Shown piece by piece: positions 28,248 through 37,258 of a DNA stretch of 56,313 nucleotides; the first letter of the stretch is position 1, and each line of letters starts with the position of its first letter. Position numbers and translations under genes: made by a program. Below the pieces are notes generated by a model. It did not search any database. It saw nothing but the letters and a program-made list of their open reading frames with translations, and was not told the origin of the DNA. Source of the stretch: an uncultured Gemmatimonadaceae bacterium (GTDB lineage Bacteria > Gemmatimonadota > Gemmatimonadetes > Longimicrobiales > RSA9); assembly GCA_964384585.1 (NCBI GenBank), contig CAYLME010000004.1:1-56313 (forward strand). The letters are read 5' to 3'.

Positions 28248-30878
28248 ATGTTCAAGCAACGATTCCATCCTGCCCTCTGCGTCGCCCTGGCGCTCGTCGC
28301 CTGGGGACATGACGCTGCGTCCGCGCAGACAGGCGGACAGGCGCCCGCAGCGGCCGCGTTCGTGGCGCCGACCGAGCACCAGGGTGCCGCCGCCCTCGGC
28401 CTGGCCCTGCGGCGGCTCGGCACGACGACGCGCGTCCTCATGATCGCCGCTCACCCGGACGACGAGAACACCGCGGTGCTGAGCGCGCTCGCCCTGGGAC
28501 AGGGTGCCGATGTCGCGTACCTGTCACTGACGCGCGGTGAGGGCGGCCAGAACCTGATCGGTCCCGAGCTGCAGGAGGGGCTGGGATTGATACGCAGCGG
28601 TGAGCTGCTCGCGGCGCGACGCCTGGATGGTGCCCGGCAGTTCTTCACGCGCGCCTACGACTACGGCTACTCGAAGAGCGCGGACGAAGCGTTCTCGCAC
28701 TGGCCGCAGGACAGCCTGTTGGCTGATGCAGTCGGCGTGATCCGGGCGTTTCGCCCCGACATCGTCATCTCCGTCTTCAGTGGAACGCCACGCGATGGGC
28801 ACGGCCAGCACCAGGCCGCAGGCATCATCGCGCGGGAAGCGTTCGATGTCGCGGCGGACCCTGCGCGCTTCGCGCACCTCGGGCCACCGCACCGGGCGCG
28901 TACGCTCTACCAGTCGCTCTGGCGACCGACCGGTGAGGAGCGGTTGCGCCTCGCGACCGGCGAGTATGACCCGCTGCTCGGCCGTTCGCACTACCAGGTC
29001 GCGATGGCGAGCCGCAGCCGCCATCGATCGCAGGACATGGGACAGGATGAACCGATCGGCCCGCACTCATCGGTGTTCGAGCTGATGGCTGGCCAGGGCA
29101 GTGCGGCGCCTTCGCTGTTCGCGGGCATCGATACGGCGGTCGCACAGTTGTCGTCGCGCGTGCCAGCCGCAGCCCGTGCGCTCGGCGCCTACCAGGACGC
29201 GGTGTACGCACTGCGCTCCGCATTCAATCCGCTCGCGCGTGGTGAGCTCGTGCCACGACTCGCGCGTGCGCACGCATTGCTCGACCGCGCGATCGATATG
29301 ATGCCGGGTGGAGCATCGGAAGAACGGTCCCGACTCGAGGCCGAGCGTGCAGACCTGCGCAACGCGTTGCGGCTCGCCGCGGGCCTCGTGACCGACGTCA
29401 CCGCCGATGTCGCGCGCGTCGTGCCCGGCGACTCCATTCTCGTAACGATCAGCGCATGGAACGGTGGCGTGCAGCCGATCCGTGTTGCCGCACTCGAGCC
29501 GCTGCTGCCGGCCGGCTGGCGCGCGCAGCATGTCGAGATGGCCGGAGCCCGGGGCGCGAGTGGATCGAACGGTGCTGCGCGTGATGTTCTTCTTGCACCA
29601 GGCGACGTATTGCGCAGCACCTTCGTCGTCCATGTACCGTCCGGCGCGCAACCGGATGAACCGTACTTCCTGCGCACCGCGCGCACTGGCGACCTCTACA
29701 TATGGCCCGACGAGCCGACATTGTGGGGACTGCCGTTCGAGCCGCCCGCCGTGCGCGCACGCGTGGATGCGCGCATTGCCGACGTCGCCGTGGCGCACGT
29801 GCAGGAAGCGGAGCACGTGCTCGTGGACAAGGCGCTGGGCGAGGTACGACAGCCGGTGCTCGTACTGCCTGCCGTGTCGGTGGACGTGTCGCCAGGTGTT
29901 CTGGTCGTGCCGCGGGCCTCAGCCGGCCCGCGCATGCTGACGGTCACACTGCGCTCCGCAGCGCGTGACACGATCCGTGGCGAGTTGCGCGTGACGAACG
30001 GCGGCTGGCGCATCGCGCCCGGCGTGCAGGCGATCACGCTTGCGCCGGGTGGGACACAAAGGGTGAGCGTGGAAGTCGCGCCCGCGACGAACGCGACTGC
30101 CGACGCTGAACTTGCGGCACGGTTCGTCGCATCTGACGGTCGCACGTGGAATCGCGGCTACGACATCATCGACTATCCGCACATCCGTCCGCGGCCGTTG
30201 TACGCTGATGCCGCGACCACCATACGGATGGTGGACGTCGTGATCGCGCCGGATCTGCTCGTCGGTTACATCGAGGGCGCAGGCGACGACGGCGCCGCGG
30301 CGCTGCGTCAGATGGGGACGCGCGTGGAGATGCTCGACAGTGCAGCACTCGCGACCCGCGACCTGTCACGCTACGACGCGATCGTCGCGGGGATCCGTGC
30401 ATACGAAGTGCGCACTGACCTGCTCCGTCACAACAACCGGTTGCTCGCGTACGCGCGCGACGGCGGCACGTTCGTCGTGCAGTACAACAAGTATGAGCTG
30501 GTCGAAGGCGGCTTCACGCCGTATCCGATGACAATGGCGCGTCCGCACGGTCGCGTTACCGACGAAACAGCACCGGTCCGGCTACAGCAGCCCGATCACC
30601 CCGTACTCTCCTGGCCGAACCGCATCACGCAGCAGGACTTCGATGGCTGGCTGCACGAGCGCGGGCTCTATTTCGCCGACGCGTGGGCCGACGCGTACAC
30701 GCCTCTACTCGCGATGAGCGATCCCGGTGAGCCACCGCTCGAAGGCTCACTGCTCGTCGCACCCTACGGCGACGGCCACTACGTCTACACCGGCCTCGCC
30801 TTCTTCCGTCAGTTGCCGGACGGTGTACCCGGCGCTTACCGGCTGCTCGCCAACCTGGTCTCGCTCGGGAACCGGTAG
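28248..30878 (+). CDS. Large secreted PIG-L (LmbE-like) deacetylase family protein
   Basis: ATG 28248. Signal peptide MFKQRFHPALCVALALVAWGHDAASAQ. LmbE motif VLMIAAHPDDENTAVL and RDGHGQHQA. About 600 aa of additional C-terminal domains. Confidence 0.8.
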   Translation: MFKQRFHPALCVALALVAWGHDAASAQTGGQAPAAAAFVAPTEHQGAAALGLALRRLGTTTRVLMIAAHPDDENTAVLSALALGQGADVAYLSLTRGEGGQNLIGPELQEGLGLIRSGELLAARRLDGARQFFTRAYDYGYSKSADEAFSHWPQDSLLADAVGVIRAFRPDIVISVFSGTPRDGHGQHQAAGIIAREAFDVAADPARFAHLGPPHRARTLYQSLWRPTGEERLRLATGEYDPLLGRSHYQVAMASRSRHRSQDMGQDEPIGPHSSVFELMAGQGSAAPSLFAGIDTAVAQLSSRVPAAARALGAYQDAVYALRSAFNPLARGELVPRLARAHALLDRAIDMMPGGASEERSRLEAERADLRNALRLAAGLVTDVTADVARVVPGDSILVTISAWNGGVQPIRVAALEPLLPAGWRAQHVEMAGARGASGSNGAARDVLLAPGDVLRSTFVVHVPSGAQPDEPYFLRTARTGDLYIWPDEPTLWGLPFEPPAVRARVDARIADVAVAHVQEAEHVLVDKALGEVRQPVLVLPAVSVDVSPGVLVVPRASAGPRMLTVTLRSAARDTIRGELRVTNGGWRIAPGVQAITLAPGGTQRVSVEVAPATNATADAELAARFVASDGRTWNRGYDIIDYPHIRPRPLYADAATTIRMVDVVIAPDLLVGYIEGAGDDGAAALRQMGTRVEMLDSAALATRDLSRYDAIVAGIRAYEVRTDLLRHNNRLLAYARDGGTFVVQYNKYELVEGGFTPYPMTMARPHGRVTDETAPVRLQQPDHPVLSWPNRITQQDFDGWLHERGLYFADAWADAYTPLLAMSDPGEPPLEGSLLVAPYGDGHYVYTGLAFFRQLPDGVPGAYRLLANLVSLGNR

Positions 30879-30917
30879 CGGCAGGCAGCTCTTTCGTACC
30901 CCTCCGAACAGGTGTGA

Positions 30918-30945
30918 CCCGGTCCGTGTCCAGTTCCGGACCGGG
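30918..30945 (+). terminator. Weak hairpin after the PIG-L gene
   Basis: Stem cccggtccg / cggaccggg (9 bp), 10-nt loop, 40 nt after stop 30878. No U-tract. Confidence 0.3.
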
Positions 30946-31020
30946 CCGGCGCCATGGCTGGTGGCAAACGCGGGCCCGCGAACGGGCGTGCCCGCGACCA
31001 CGACCGTTCCGGAGGTTGAA

Positions 31021-32010
31021 ATGCTCACGCTGCGCCGGTCACTGCGGTGGTTGCTGCTGTTCCTCCTGCTCATGTTCGCCGGATGTGAAGACTGGCTGCC
31101 CCAGGAGCCACCGGACCTCGAGACGGGCTCGGTCTTCCGCACGTGGGTGATCGATCAGATCTACGCGGCTGGCCGCGCGTACGACGAGCGCGTCGTATCG
31201 GATGAGCAGGAAGACGGCGTCGTGGATGTCATCGAGTTGATCGGGCCGCTCACCCTGAAGCCGCCCGGAATGGGCGATGAGGCGACTGGCGAGGTGTTCT
31301 CGAATGAGACTGGCGGGGTGTTCTGGGTCTCGGCACAGGCGCCGGTTGACACCGTGAACGAGCCGATCGGCTCTCACGTGCGTCTCAAAGAGGTGTTTCG
31401 ATTTCGCAGGGAGGCCGGCGACGCAGAACTGCGATTCACCATCACGATGGCGAAGCTCGAGGCCATCGATGGAAACGGCCTCGATCCATCGTTCAAAGAC
31501 TGCCCGTGGGCTCGCGGCCCACTGATCGAATTCGCTGTCGATTGTGCGAATCTGATGATGGGCTCGATCGACGCCTTCTACTGGGCATACACCGAGCCGA
31601 CTCGCGTACAGCCGCCCGAGGCATTCTTCTACGCGAACTCTACCGCAAAGCTCTTCGGCTGGGGCAGGGAGTGGTACGCGGACGTCTACACAATGGACAA
31701 TTCGGTTCAGCCGCTGTACCACCGCGGCAACTTCGATGTCAACCTGGACTCGGACGGCACAGGACGCCATCCGCTGGTTCGTCTGAACGCGCCCGTCCCG
31801 GTGATCATCCCGCTCGATTCCGTGGACGTCGGCGAGGAATTCGAGGTCGTGATCGATGTGAGCGCGATCGCCTCCAATCGCCGCGGGCATGAGTCCTACA
31901 TCGACGCATTCTTCCGCGACCCGTTTTCGTCCAGCGGACTCGAGATCGAGTTCGAGGGCCTGACGAGGCTCCGGGCGCCCGACGAGATCCGCGACGATGT
32001 CATCTGGTGA
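31021..32010 (+). CDS. Lipoprotein, hypothetical (329 aa)
   Basis: ATG 31021 lies 5 nt after GGAGG. Lipobox MLTLRRSLRWLLLFLLLMFAGC. No family recognised. The stop overlaps the next ORF's start (GTGA 32007-32010). Confidence 0.65.
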   Translation: MLTLRRSLRWLLLFLLLMFAGCEDWLPQEPPDLETGSVFRTWVIDQIYAAGRAYDERVVSDEQEDGVVDVIELIGPLTLKPPGMGDEATGEVFSNETGGVFWVSAQAPVDTVNEPIGSHVRLKEVFRFRREAGDAELRFTITMAKLEAIDGNGLDPSFKDCPWARGPLIEFAVDCANLMMGSIDAFYWAYTEPTRVQPPEAFFYANSTAKLFGWGREWYADVYTMDNSVQPLYHRGNFDVNLDSDGTGRHPLVRLNAPVPVIIPLDSVDVGEEFEVVIDVSAIASNRRGHESYIDAFFRDPFSSSGLEIEFEGLTRLRAPDEIRDDVIW

Positions 32011-33422
32011 GTGGCCTCGAGGGTTCGGGACTGCGCCTCAGGGAGGGAGGCCTCTCCATCGTGGATGTCTCCGACAACGGCGTGTTCGTGTTCCCCGTCG
32101 AGTATTCGTCCGGCAACACGTACAACGTCACAGTCGACACGCAGCCGGGCGATCCGCTGCAGTCGTGCACGGTCACGAACGGTGCGGGCACCATCACGGA
32201 CCATGACGTGACGGACATCGTAGTGGCGTGTGAGACGCCGAGCGGCGCGGGCGGACTCGATCCGTCGTTCGGGACGGGCGGCCAGGTCGAAACGAGCATC
32301 AGCCCCGACTCCGATGACCGCTTCGCGACGAAGATCGCGCTGCAGCCCGACGGCAGACTGCTCGCCGTAGCTCGGAACATGATGGTGCGCTACAACGCGG
32401 ACGGCACGCCTGACACCGGCTTCGGCGCGAATGGCCAGGTACAGGTGCAGTTCGGTCCGCTGAATGAGCGGCTGCAGGCCGTCGCAGTGCAGCCGGACGG
32501 CCGGATCCTCGTCGCAGGATACACGGACGACAACCTGAGTCTGCCGGCCAACAACGACTTCGCGCTCGCCCGCTTCAACGCGGACGGCACGCCGGACACG
32601 GGCTTCGGCGTGAACGGTGTGGTGACCACCGACTTTGCGGGCATGATCGACGCCGCAAGCGCGATCCTGATCCAGCCGGACGGCGCGATCCTGCTCGCCG
32701 GCAGCGCCCGTGTCACCGTGCTCGACGTAGACTTCGGCCTGGCCCGCTACACCAGCGCCGGCGTGCCTGTATCGACATTCGGAGCGAACGGCGACAGCAA
32801 GGCCACCGTGAACCTCGCGGGTAACCAGGACCTCGCATACACGGTGGCACTGCAGTCCGATGGCCGAATCATCGTGACAGGACGTGCAGCCCTGTCCGGC
32901 GGCTCCGATCCAGACATCGGCATCGCCCGTTTCGACACGAACGGCATCCTGGACGCGAGCTTCGGCACCGCCGGTATCGTGCGCGTCGCGACTGCCGAGG
33001 CCGACTGGCCGCTCGACGCCGTGATCGATGGCAGTGACAGGATCCTCGTTTCCGGCAGCTACAGCGGCTCCGCGTTCGTGGCGCGCTACGATGCGAACGG
33101 CGCACCTGATGCGAGCTTCGCGGGCGGCACGCTCATCACCAGCACGCTCTCCACTGCCAACGGCATCGCACTGGACAGCGCGGGCCGCATCCTGATCGCG
33201 GGCGCCGTGAACGGCGACATGGGCATCGTACGCCTGCTCGATGACGGCACCATCGACACGAGCTTCGGCACGAACGGCGACGGCGTCATAACCGTGGACT
33301 TCTACAGCGGTAATGATGCAGCAAGCGACGTCGCGGTCCAGCCCGATGGCCGGATCGTGGCAGGCGGTGTGGTGAGCAACGGCCTCCAGCGGCGCGTAGG
33401 ATTCGTGCGTGTGCTGCCATGA
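32007..33422 (+). CDS. Delta-60 repeat (beta-propeller) protein with an N-terminal Ig-like SGL..QSCTV module and no signal peptide
   Basis: GTG 32007. N-terminal module VSGLEGSGLRLREGG..NGVFVFPVEYSSGNTYNVTVDTQPGDPLQSCTVTNGAGTITDHDVTDIVVAC. About seven repeats of the type LDPSFGTGGQV...QPDGRILVAG...ARYNADGTPDTGFG. Confidence 0.75.
   Translation: MSGLEGSGLRLREGGLSIVDVSDNGVFVFPVEYSSGNTYNVTVDTQPGDPLQSCTVTNGAGTITDHDVTDIVVACETPSGAGGLDPSFGTGGQVETSISPDSDDRFATKIALQPDGRLLAVARNMMVRYNADGTPDTGFGANGQVQVQFGPLNERLQAVAVQPDGRILVAGYTDDNLSLPANNDFALARFNADGTPDTGFGVNGVVTTDFAGMIDAASAILIQPDGAILLAGSARVTVLDVDFGLARYTSAGVPVSTFGANGDSKATVNLAGNQDLAYTVALQSDGRIIVTGRAALSGGSDPDIGIARFDTNGILDASFGTAGIVRVATAEADWPLDAVIDGSDRILVSGSYSGSAFVARYDANGAPDASFAGGTLITSTLSTANGIALDSAGRILIAGAVNGDMGIVRLLDDGTIDTSFGTNGDGVITVDFYSGNDAASDVAVQPDGRIVAGGVVSNGLQRRVGFVRVLP
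32256..33419 (+). repeat. Intragenic tandem repeats, about 55-60 codons each (delta-60 propeller blades)
   Basis: Recurring D(P/T)(S/G)FG.(N/G)G ... QPDG(R/A)I(L/V) ... (A/V)R(Y/F)(N/D)A(D/N)G. Two junctions are near-identical at DNA level (cgctacaacgcggacggcacgcctgacaccggcttcggcgcgaatggc vs cgcttcaacgcggacggcacgccggacacgggcttcggcgtgaacggt). Confidence 0.6.
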
Positions 33423-33437
33423 TCCGATTATTGGCTC

Positions 33438-33476
33438 ATTTCACCGCCGAGAGCGCCGAGGGAGTGAATGAGGTGA
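33438..33476. repeat. Degenerate member of the TTTCACC + 9-mer repeat family
   Basis: Sequence atttcaccgccgagagcgccgagggagtgaatgaggtga, 16 nt after stop 33422. Compare tttcaccacagaggacactgaggacaccgag at 37201. Confidence 0.35.
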
Positions 33477-33500
33477 GCCCGAGCTGCTTGAAACGGTAAC

Positions 33501-33541
33501 GTGAGCGGCGCGCGTCAGATCAGCTGACGCGCGCCGCTCAC
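33501..33541. terminator. Long perfect hairpin in a convergent spacer (bidirectional terminator candidate)
   Basis: Stem gtgagcggcgcgcgtcag / ctgacgcgcgccgctcac (18 bp perfect), loop atcag. Lies between stop 33422 (+) and stop 33597 (-). Confidence 0.6.
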
Positions 33542-33596
33542 ATTGCAACGTGTACTTCTGTCGTTGTCCCGCGCTCTCTCAGCGATAGAATGAAGT

Positions 33597-35297
33597 TCAG
33601 TTACGGCCCACCATCATCGAATCACGGCGCGCCTTGAACTCCGTGCCTTCCTTCCACTCCGGGATCGCGTCGTCGTTCGCCACCAGCACACCCAGCCGGA
33701 AGAGCATCCGCAGGTCCTCGACTGCACCCGACAGATCCCAGTCGGGCTTCATCTCGTCGCTCGGCTTGTGGTAGTCGTTGGCGGTGTACTGCTCGCGCTT
33801 CTCCTCGCCGTATGACGGGTCGCGGCCGATGTACTGCGTGCCGTTGTCGATGTAGATCGCCGGTACGCCCTGCTTCGCGAACTCGAAGTGATCGGAGCGG
33901 TAATAGAAGCCCTTCTCCGGCTCCGGGTCGTCGGCGAGTGTGCGCTCGCCCGCAGTCACGACGCCGAGCATATCTTCGAGCGTGGAGTTGCCGCGCCCGA
34001 CGATCACGACGTCCTCCGTGCGGCCCCACTGGTTCACGCCGTCGATGTTGATGTTCGCGACCGTGTGCGTGAGCGGATACAGCGGGTTCTCCGCGTAGTA
34101 CTTCGCGCCCAGGAGTCCCTGCTCTTCCGCAGTGACGGCCAGGAACAGGATGGAGCGGCGCGGCGCCGCTGGCAGTGCACGGAACGCCTTTGCGATCTCG
34201 ACCATGCCCGCCGTGCCGCTCGCGTTGTCGAGTGCGCCATTGTAGATCTGGTCGCCTTCGGCGGTCGTGTCGCGGCCGAGATGGTCCCAGTGGGCGGTGA
34301 AGACGACGTACTCGTCGCGCAGTTCCGGATCCGAGCCCTGCAGGCGACCGACCACGTTGCGCGACTCCACGTCCCGGATCGTATTGCGCAGCCGGAACGA
34401 CGCCGTGCCGTTCAGGGTGACAGGGCGGAACTCCTGCGTGCGCGCCTGCGCCTTGAGCGCATCGAAGTCCTGACCGGCCGCCGAGAACAGCTCGCGCGCC
34501 TTCGGCTCCGTGATCCACGACTCGACGCGGACGCGGTTCGGATCCGCGTTCGGACTGCGGATGTCAAAGTTCTCGCGGCCCCAGCTGCCCGCGACGACCT
34601 CCCACGGATAGCCCGCCGGTCCCGTCTCGTGCACGATGATCGCCGCTGCGGCCCCCTTCTCCGAAGCGATCTCGTACTTGTACGTCCAGCGGCCGTAGTA
34701 CGTCATCGCATCGCCGCGGAACATGTTCGCGTCGAGCTCATCACCCGTGCCGACCGGCGGATCGTTGATCAGCATCACGATCGTCTTGCCGCGCACGTCC
34801 ACATCCTTGTAGTCGTCCCAGCCGTACTCCGGGGCGACGACGCCATAGCCGACGAACACAAGATCCGAACCTTCGACGGCGACTTCCGGCTCGAAATGGC
34901 GAGAGACGGCGACATAGTCGGACGGGAACGCCAGGCTGATCCGGCGACCGCTCACGCTCAGGCTCGCCTCCGGCTCCGCACTGAACCCGACGAGCGGCAC
35001 GGTCTGCGTCCACGTGCCGTCCGGGTTGCCCGGCTGCAGCCCGGCCGCGGCGAACACACGCTCCAGGTACGCAACCGTGCGCTCCTCGCCGATCGTGCCG
35101 GGCGAGCGGCCTTCCATCGAGTCATGCGACAGCGCAGCAATGCCCGAAAGCAGGCCGTCCGTCGAGATCGCGTTGGCGGCGCGACGCAGCGCGGCACTGT
35201 CGGCCGCAGGGCTCGTCCGCCCGGGGTTGTGTTCGACGGTGCATGCGGTCGCCAGTACTGCCACCGCCGTTGCCAGGAACCGCGTGAAGGTCTTCAT
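33597..35297 (-). CDS. Secreted M28-family aminopeptidase with PA domain
   Basis: ATG 35297. Lipoprotein-like signal [19 protein letters not shown]. Motifs [33 protein letters not shown]. Confidence 0.9.
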   Translation of the reverse strand: MKTFTRFLATAVAVLATACTVEHNPGRTSPAADSAALRRAANAISTDGLLSGIAALSHDSMEGRSPGTIGEERTVAYLERVFAAAGLQPGNPDGTWTQTVPLVGFSAEPEASLSVSGRRISLAFPSDYVAVSRHFEPEVAVEGSDLVFVGYGVVAPEYGWDDYKDVDVRGKTIVMLINDPPVGTGDELDANMFRGDAMTYYGRWTYKYEIASEKGAAAAIIVHETGPAGYPWEVVAGSWGRENFDIRSPNADPNRVRVESWITEPKARELFSAAGQDFDALKAQARTQEFRPVTLNGTASFRLRNTIRDVESRNVVGRLQGSDPELRDEYVVFTAHWDHLGRDTTAEGDQIYNGALDNASGTAGMVEIAKAFRALPAAPRRSILFLAVTAEEQGLLGAKYYAENPLYPLTHTVANINIDGVNQWGRTEDVVIVGRGNSTLEDMLGVVTAGERTLADDPEPEKGFYYRSDHFEFAKQGVPAIYIDNGTQYIGRDPSYGEEKREQYTANDYHKPSDEMKPDWDLSGAVEDLRMLFRLGVLVANDDAIPEWKEGTEFKARRDSMMVGRN

Positions 35298-35585
35298 CGA
35301 TGCACGTCCATGGTGGAATCGATCGAGGGAACCGCCCCTATAGTCCATCATATGGCGGAGTGCGTCAAATCAGGCAATCACGATGCAACTGGTGGCCGTA
35401 TCCCGACCATCCACGGCAGATGCCGTGCAGAGCGTACCATGCCCGTTACGCATGACCGGGGCGCTACGTCCTTCAGACGCGTTGTGCCGGAAGGTATCCC
35501 GTCCGGCGCCGTCGTTTCCGACACATGTACGTTTCTGCGCCACTGCCCATTGCCCGGCAGCGGACGCTTCTGCGATTGTTAACGG

Positions 35586-37175
35586 ATGCCCACCGACCCC
35601 GCATCAGCGGATACGGGACGCGAAGAAGCGTCGATGATCGATACGGAACTGCCCCCCGACAGCGAGCGGGACACCACCCCACCGGCCGGCCATACGGCTG
35701 CGACGGGGTCGAGCGGTGACCTGGCCGCGGCAGCCGGTCCCGTCGGCAGTGCGCCCACCGACGACCGCGACCCGGGCGGCGTGCGCTCGCCGCGGACGTC
35801 GCGCTTCGATCGCTCGATCGTGGAGGGCCCGCTCTCGCCGGCTGTCTGGAAGCTGGCCTGGCCCACGATCCTCAATAACCTGATCGGCGGGTTGCAGGGC
35901 ATGATCGATCACGCGATGGTCGGTCACTACGTCGGCTACCAGGGCAATGCCGCGATCGGTGTGAGCTGGCAGGTGTTCCTGGTCGTGATCGTGTTCATCA
36001 CGTCGCTGTTCACCGGAATGAGCGTGCTCGTCGCACGCTTTGCCGGCGCAGATGATCAGACGCTGGTCAACCGGACCGTCTACCAGGCATTCCTGACGGC
36101 GCTCGTCATTTCGTTCGGCATCATGGCGCCGGTTGGCTACGTGCTGACGCCAACGCTGCTCGACATCGTCAACGCCACGCCGGCGGTGCAGGCGGAAGCC
36201 ATGCCGTACCTGCGTATCATGTTCATCTTCAGCTGGGGCCTGCTGCTCTTCTTCATGCTCGGCGGCGCGCTCCGCTCGGCCGGCGACGCACGCACGCCGC
36301 TGCGCCTCGGCGTGCTCGTCACGGTGCTCAACATCGTGCTGAACGTGATCCTGATCCGCGGTCTCGGCCCGATCCCCGCATTCGGCACGATGGGCGCTGC
36401 GATGGGAACGGTGATCGCGACCGGCGCTATCGGCATCTACGCGGTCGTGCAGCTGCGCAGGAACGTGTGGGTGGTCGGCTTCCCGAAGGGTATGAGCCTG
36501 GGGCCGGACTGGTCGATCATCCGCGCACTGTTCCGCTTCGGCCTGCCCACCGGCATCCAGGGCATCGCCATGAACGTCGGCGGCGTGCTGATGCTCGGCT
36601 TCATCGGCTCGCTCGCACTGAGCGCACAGGCGCAGGCGGCGTTCACGGTCGCCTACACGCAGATCTTCTCGTTCATCACGTGGACCGCGGTCGGACTCAT
36701 GGGCGCCGCCGCGGCCGTGGCCGGCCAGAACCTCGGCGCCGGCAACCCGCAGCGCGCTTCCGACGCCGTACACGTGTCCGCGCGCTTCGCCGCCGCGATC
36801 GCCATCTTCTTCGGCGCCCTCTACCTGCTCATCCCCGGCCAGCTCCTCGCCGTCTTCGGCATGAGCGACCCGGTCGTCGTCGGCCTCGGCACGGAACTGC
36901 TCCGCTTCCTGAGCGTGTCCGGCATCTTCATCGCCGTCGCACTCACCTACACCGGCGGCCTGCAAGGCACCGGCGACACGCGTAGCCCGCTCTACATCTC
37001 CATCATCTCACAGGTGGTGCTGCCCATCGGTCTCGTGTTCGTCCTCGACCGCACAGGCACCCTCGATCCGTGGGAGATCTGGCTCGCAATCCTGCTCGGC
37101 CACATCGCCCGCTGTCTCCTGAGCATCGGCCGATTCCGCCAGGGCAAGTGGGCGCATATCGAAGTCAAGGTGTAG
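35586..37175 (+). CDS. MATE family efflux transporter with a disordered N-terminal extension
   Basis: Twelve hydrophobic segments. WKLAWPTILNNLIGGLQGMIDHAMVGHY is typical of the MATE N-terminus. Start uncertain (ATG 35586 or ATG 35634). Confidence 0.85.
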   Translation: MPTDPASADTGREEASMIDTELPPDSERDTTPPAGHTAATGSSGDLAAAAGPVGSAPTDDRDPGGVRSPRTSRFDRSIVEGPLSPAVWKLAWPTILNNLIGGLQGMIDHAMVGHYVGYQGNAAIGVSWQVFLVVIVFITSLFTGMSVLVARFAGADDQTLVNRTVYQAFLTALVISFGIMAPVGYVLTPTLLDIVNATPAVQAEAMPYLRIMFIFSWGLLLFFMLGGALRSAGDARTPLRLGVLVTVLNIVLNVILIRGLGPIPAFGTMGAAMGTVIATGAIGIYAVVQLRRNVWVVGFPKGMSLGPDWSIIRALFRFGLPTGIQGIAMNVGGVLMLGFIGSLALSAQAQAAFTVAYTQIFSFITWTAVGLMGAAAAVAGQNLGAGNPQRASDAVHVSARFAAAIAIFFGALYLLIPGQLLAVFGMSDPVVVGLGTELLRFLSVSGIFIAVALTYTGGLQGTGDTRSPLYISIISQVVLPIGLVFVLDRTGTLDPWEIWLAILLGHIARCLLSIGRFRQGKWAHIEVKV

Positions 37176-37200
37176 CTGCGGAACTGCCCGGCTGAATTGC

Positions 37201-37248
37201 TTTCACCACAGAGGACACTGAGGACACCGAGTGTCCTCTGTGGTTGAA
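37201..37248. repeat. TTTCACC + 9-mer repeat element forming a 13-bp hairpin (terminator candidate between convergent genes)
   Basis: Sequence tttcaccacagaggacactgaggacaccgagtgtcctctgtggttgaa. ccacagaggacac (37206-37218) pairs perfectly with gtgtcctctgtgg (37231-37243). 9-mers cagaggaca/ctgaggaca. Lies 26 nt after stop 37175 (+) and 11 nt before stop 37259 (-). Confidence 0.6.
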
Positions 37249-37258
37249 GCAAGTCCGT

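Noticed and set aside
33888-35582. 564-aa plus-strand ORF.
   Set aside because: It is antisense to the M28/PA aminopeptidase gene, Arg-rich, with no motifs.
35604-36965. 453-aa minus-strand ORF; likewise 51872-52957(-) 361 aa.
   Set aside because: They are antisense to the two MATE transporter genes. Their charged, Arg/Asp/His-rich composition is incompatible with a real protein at those loci.
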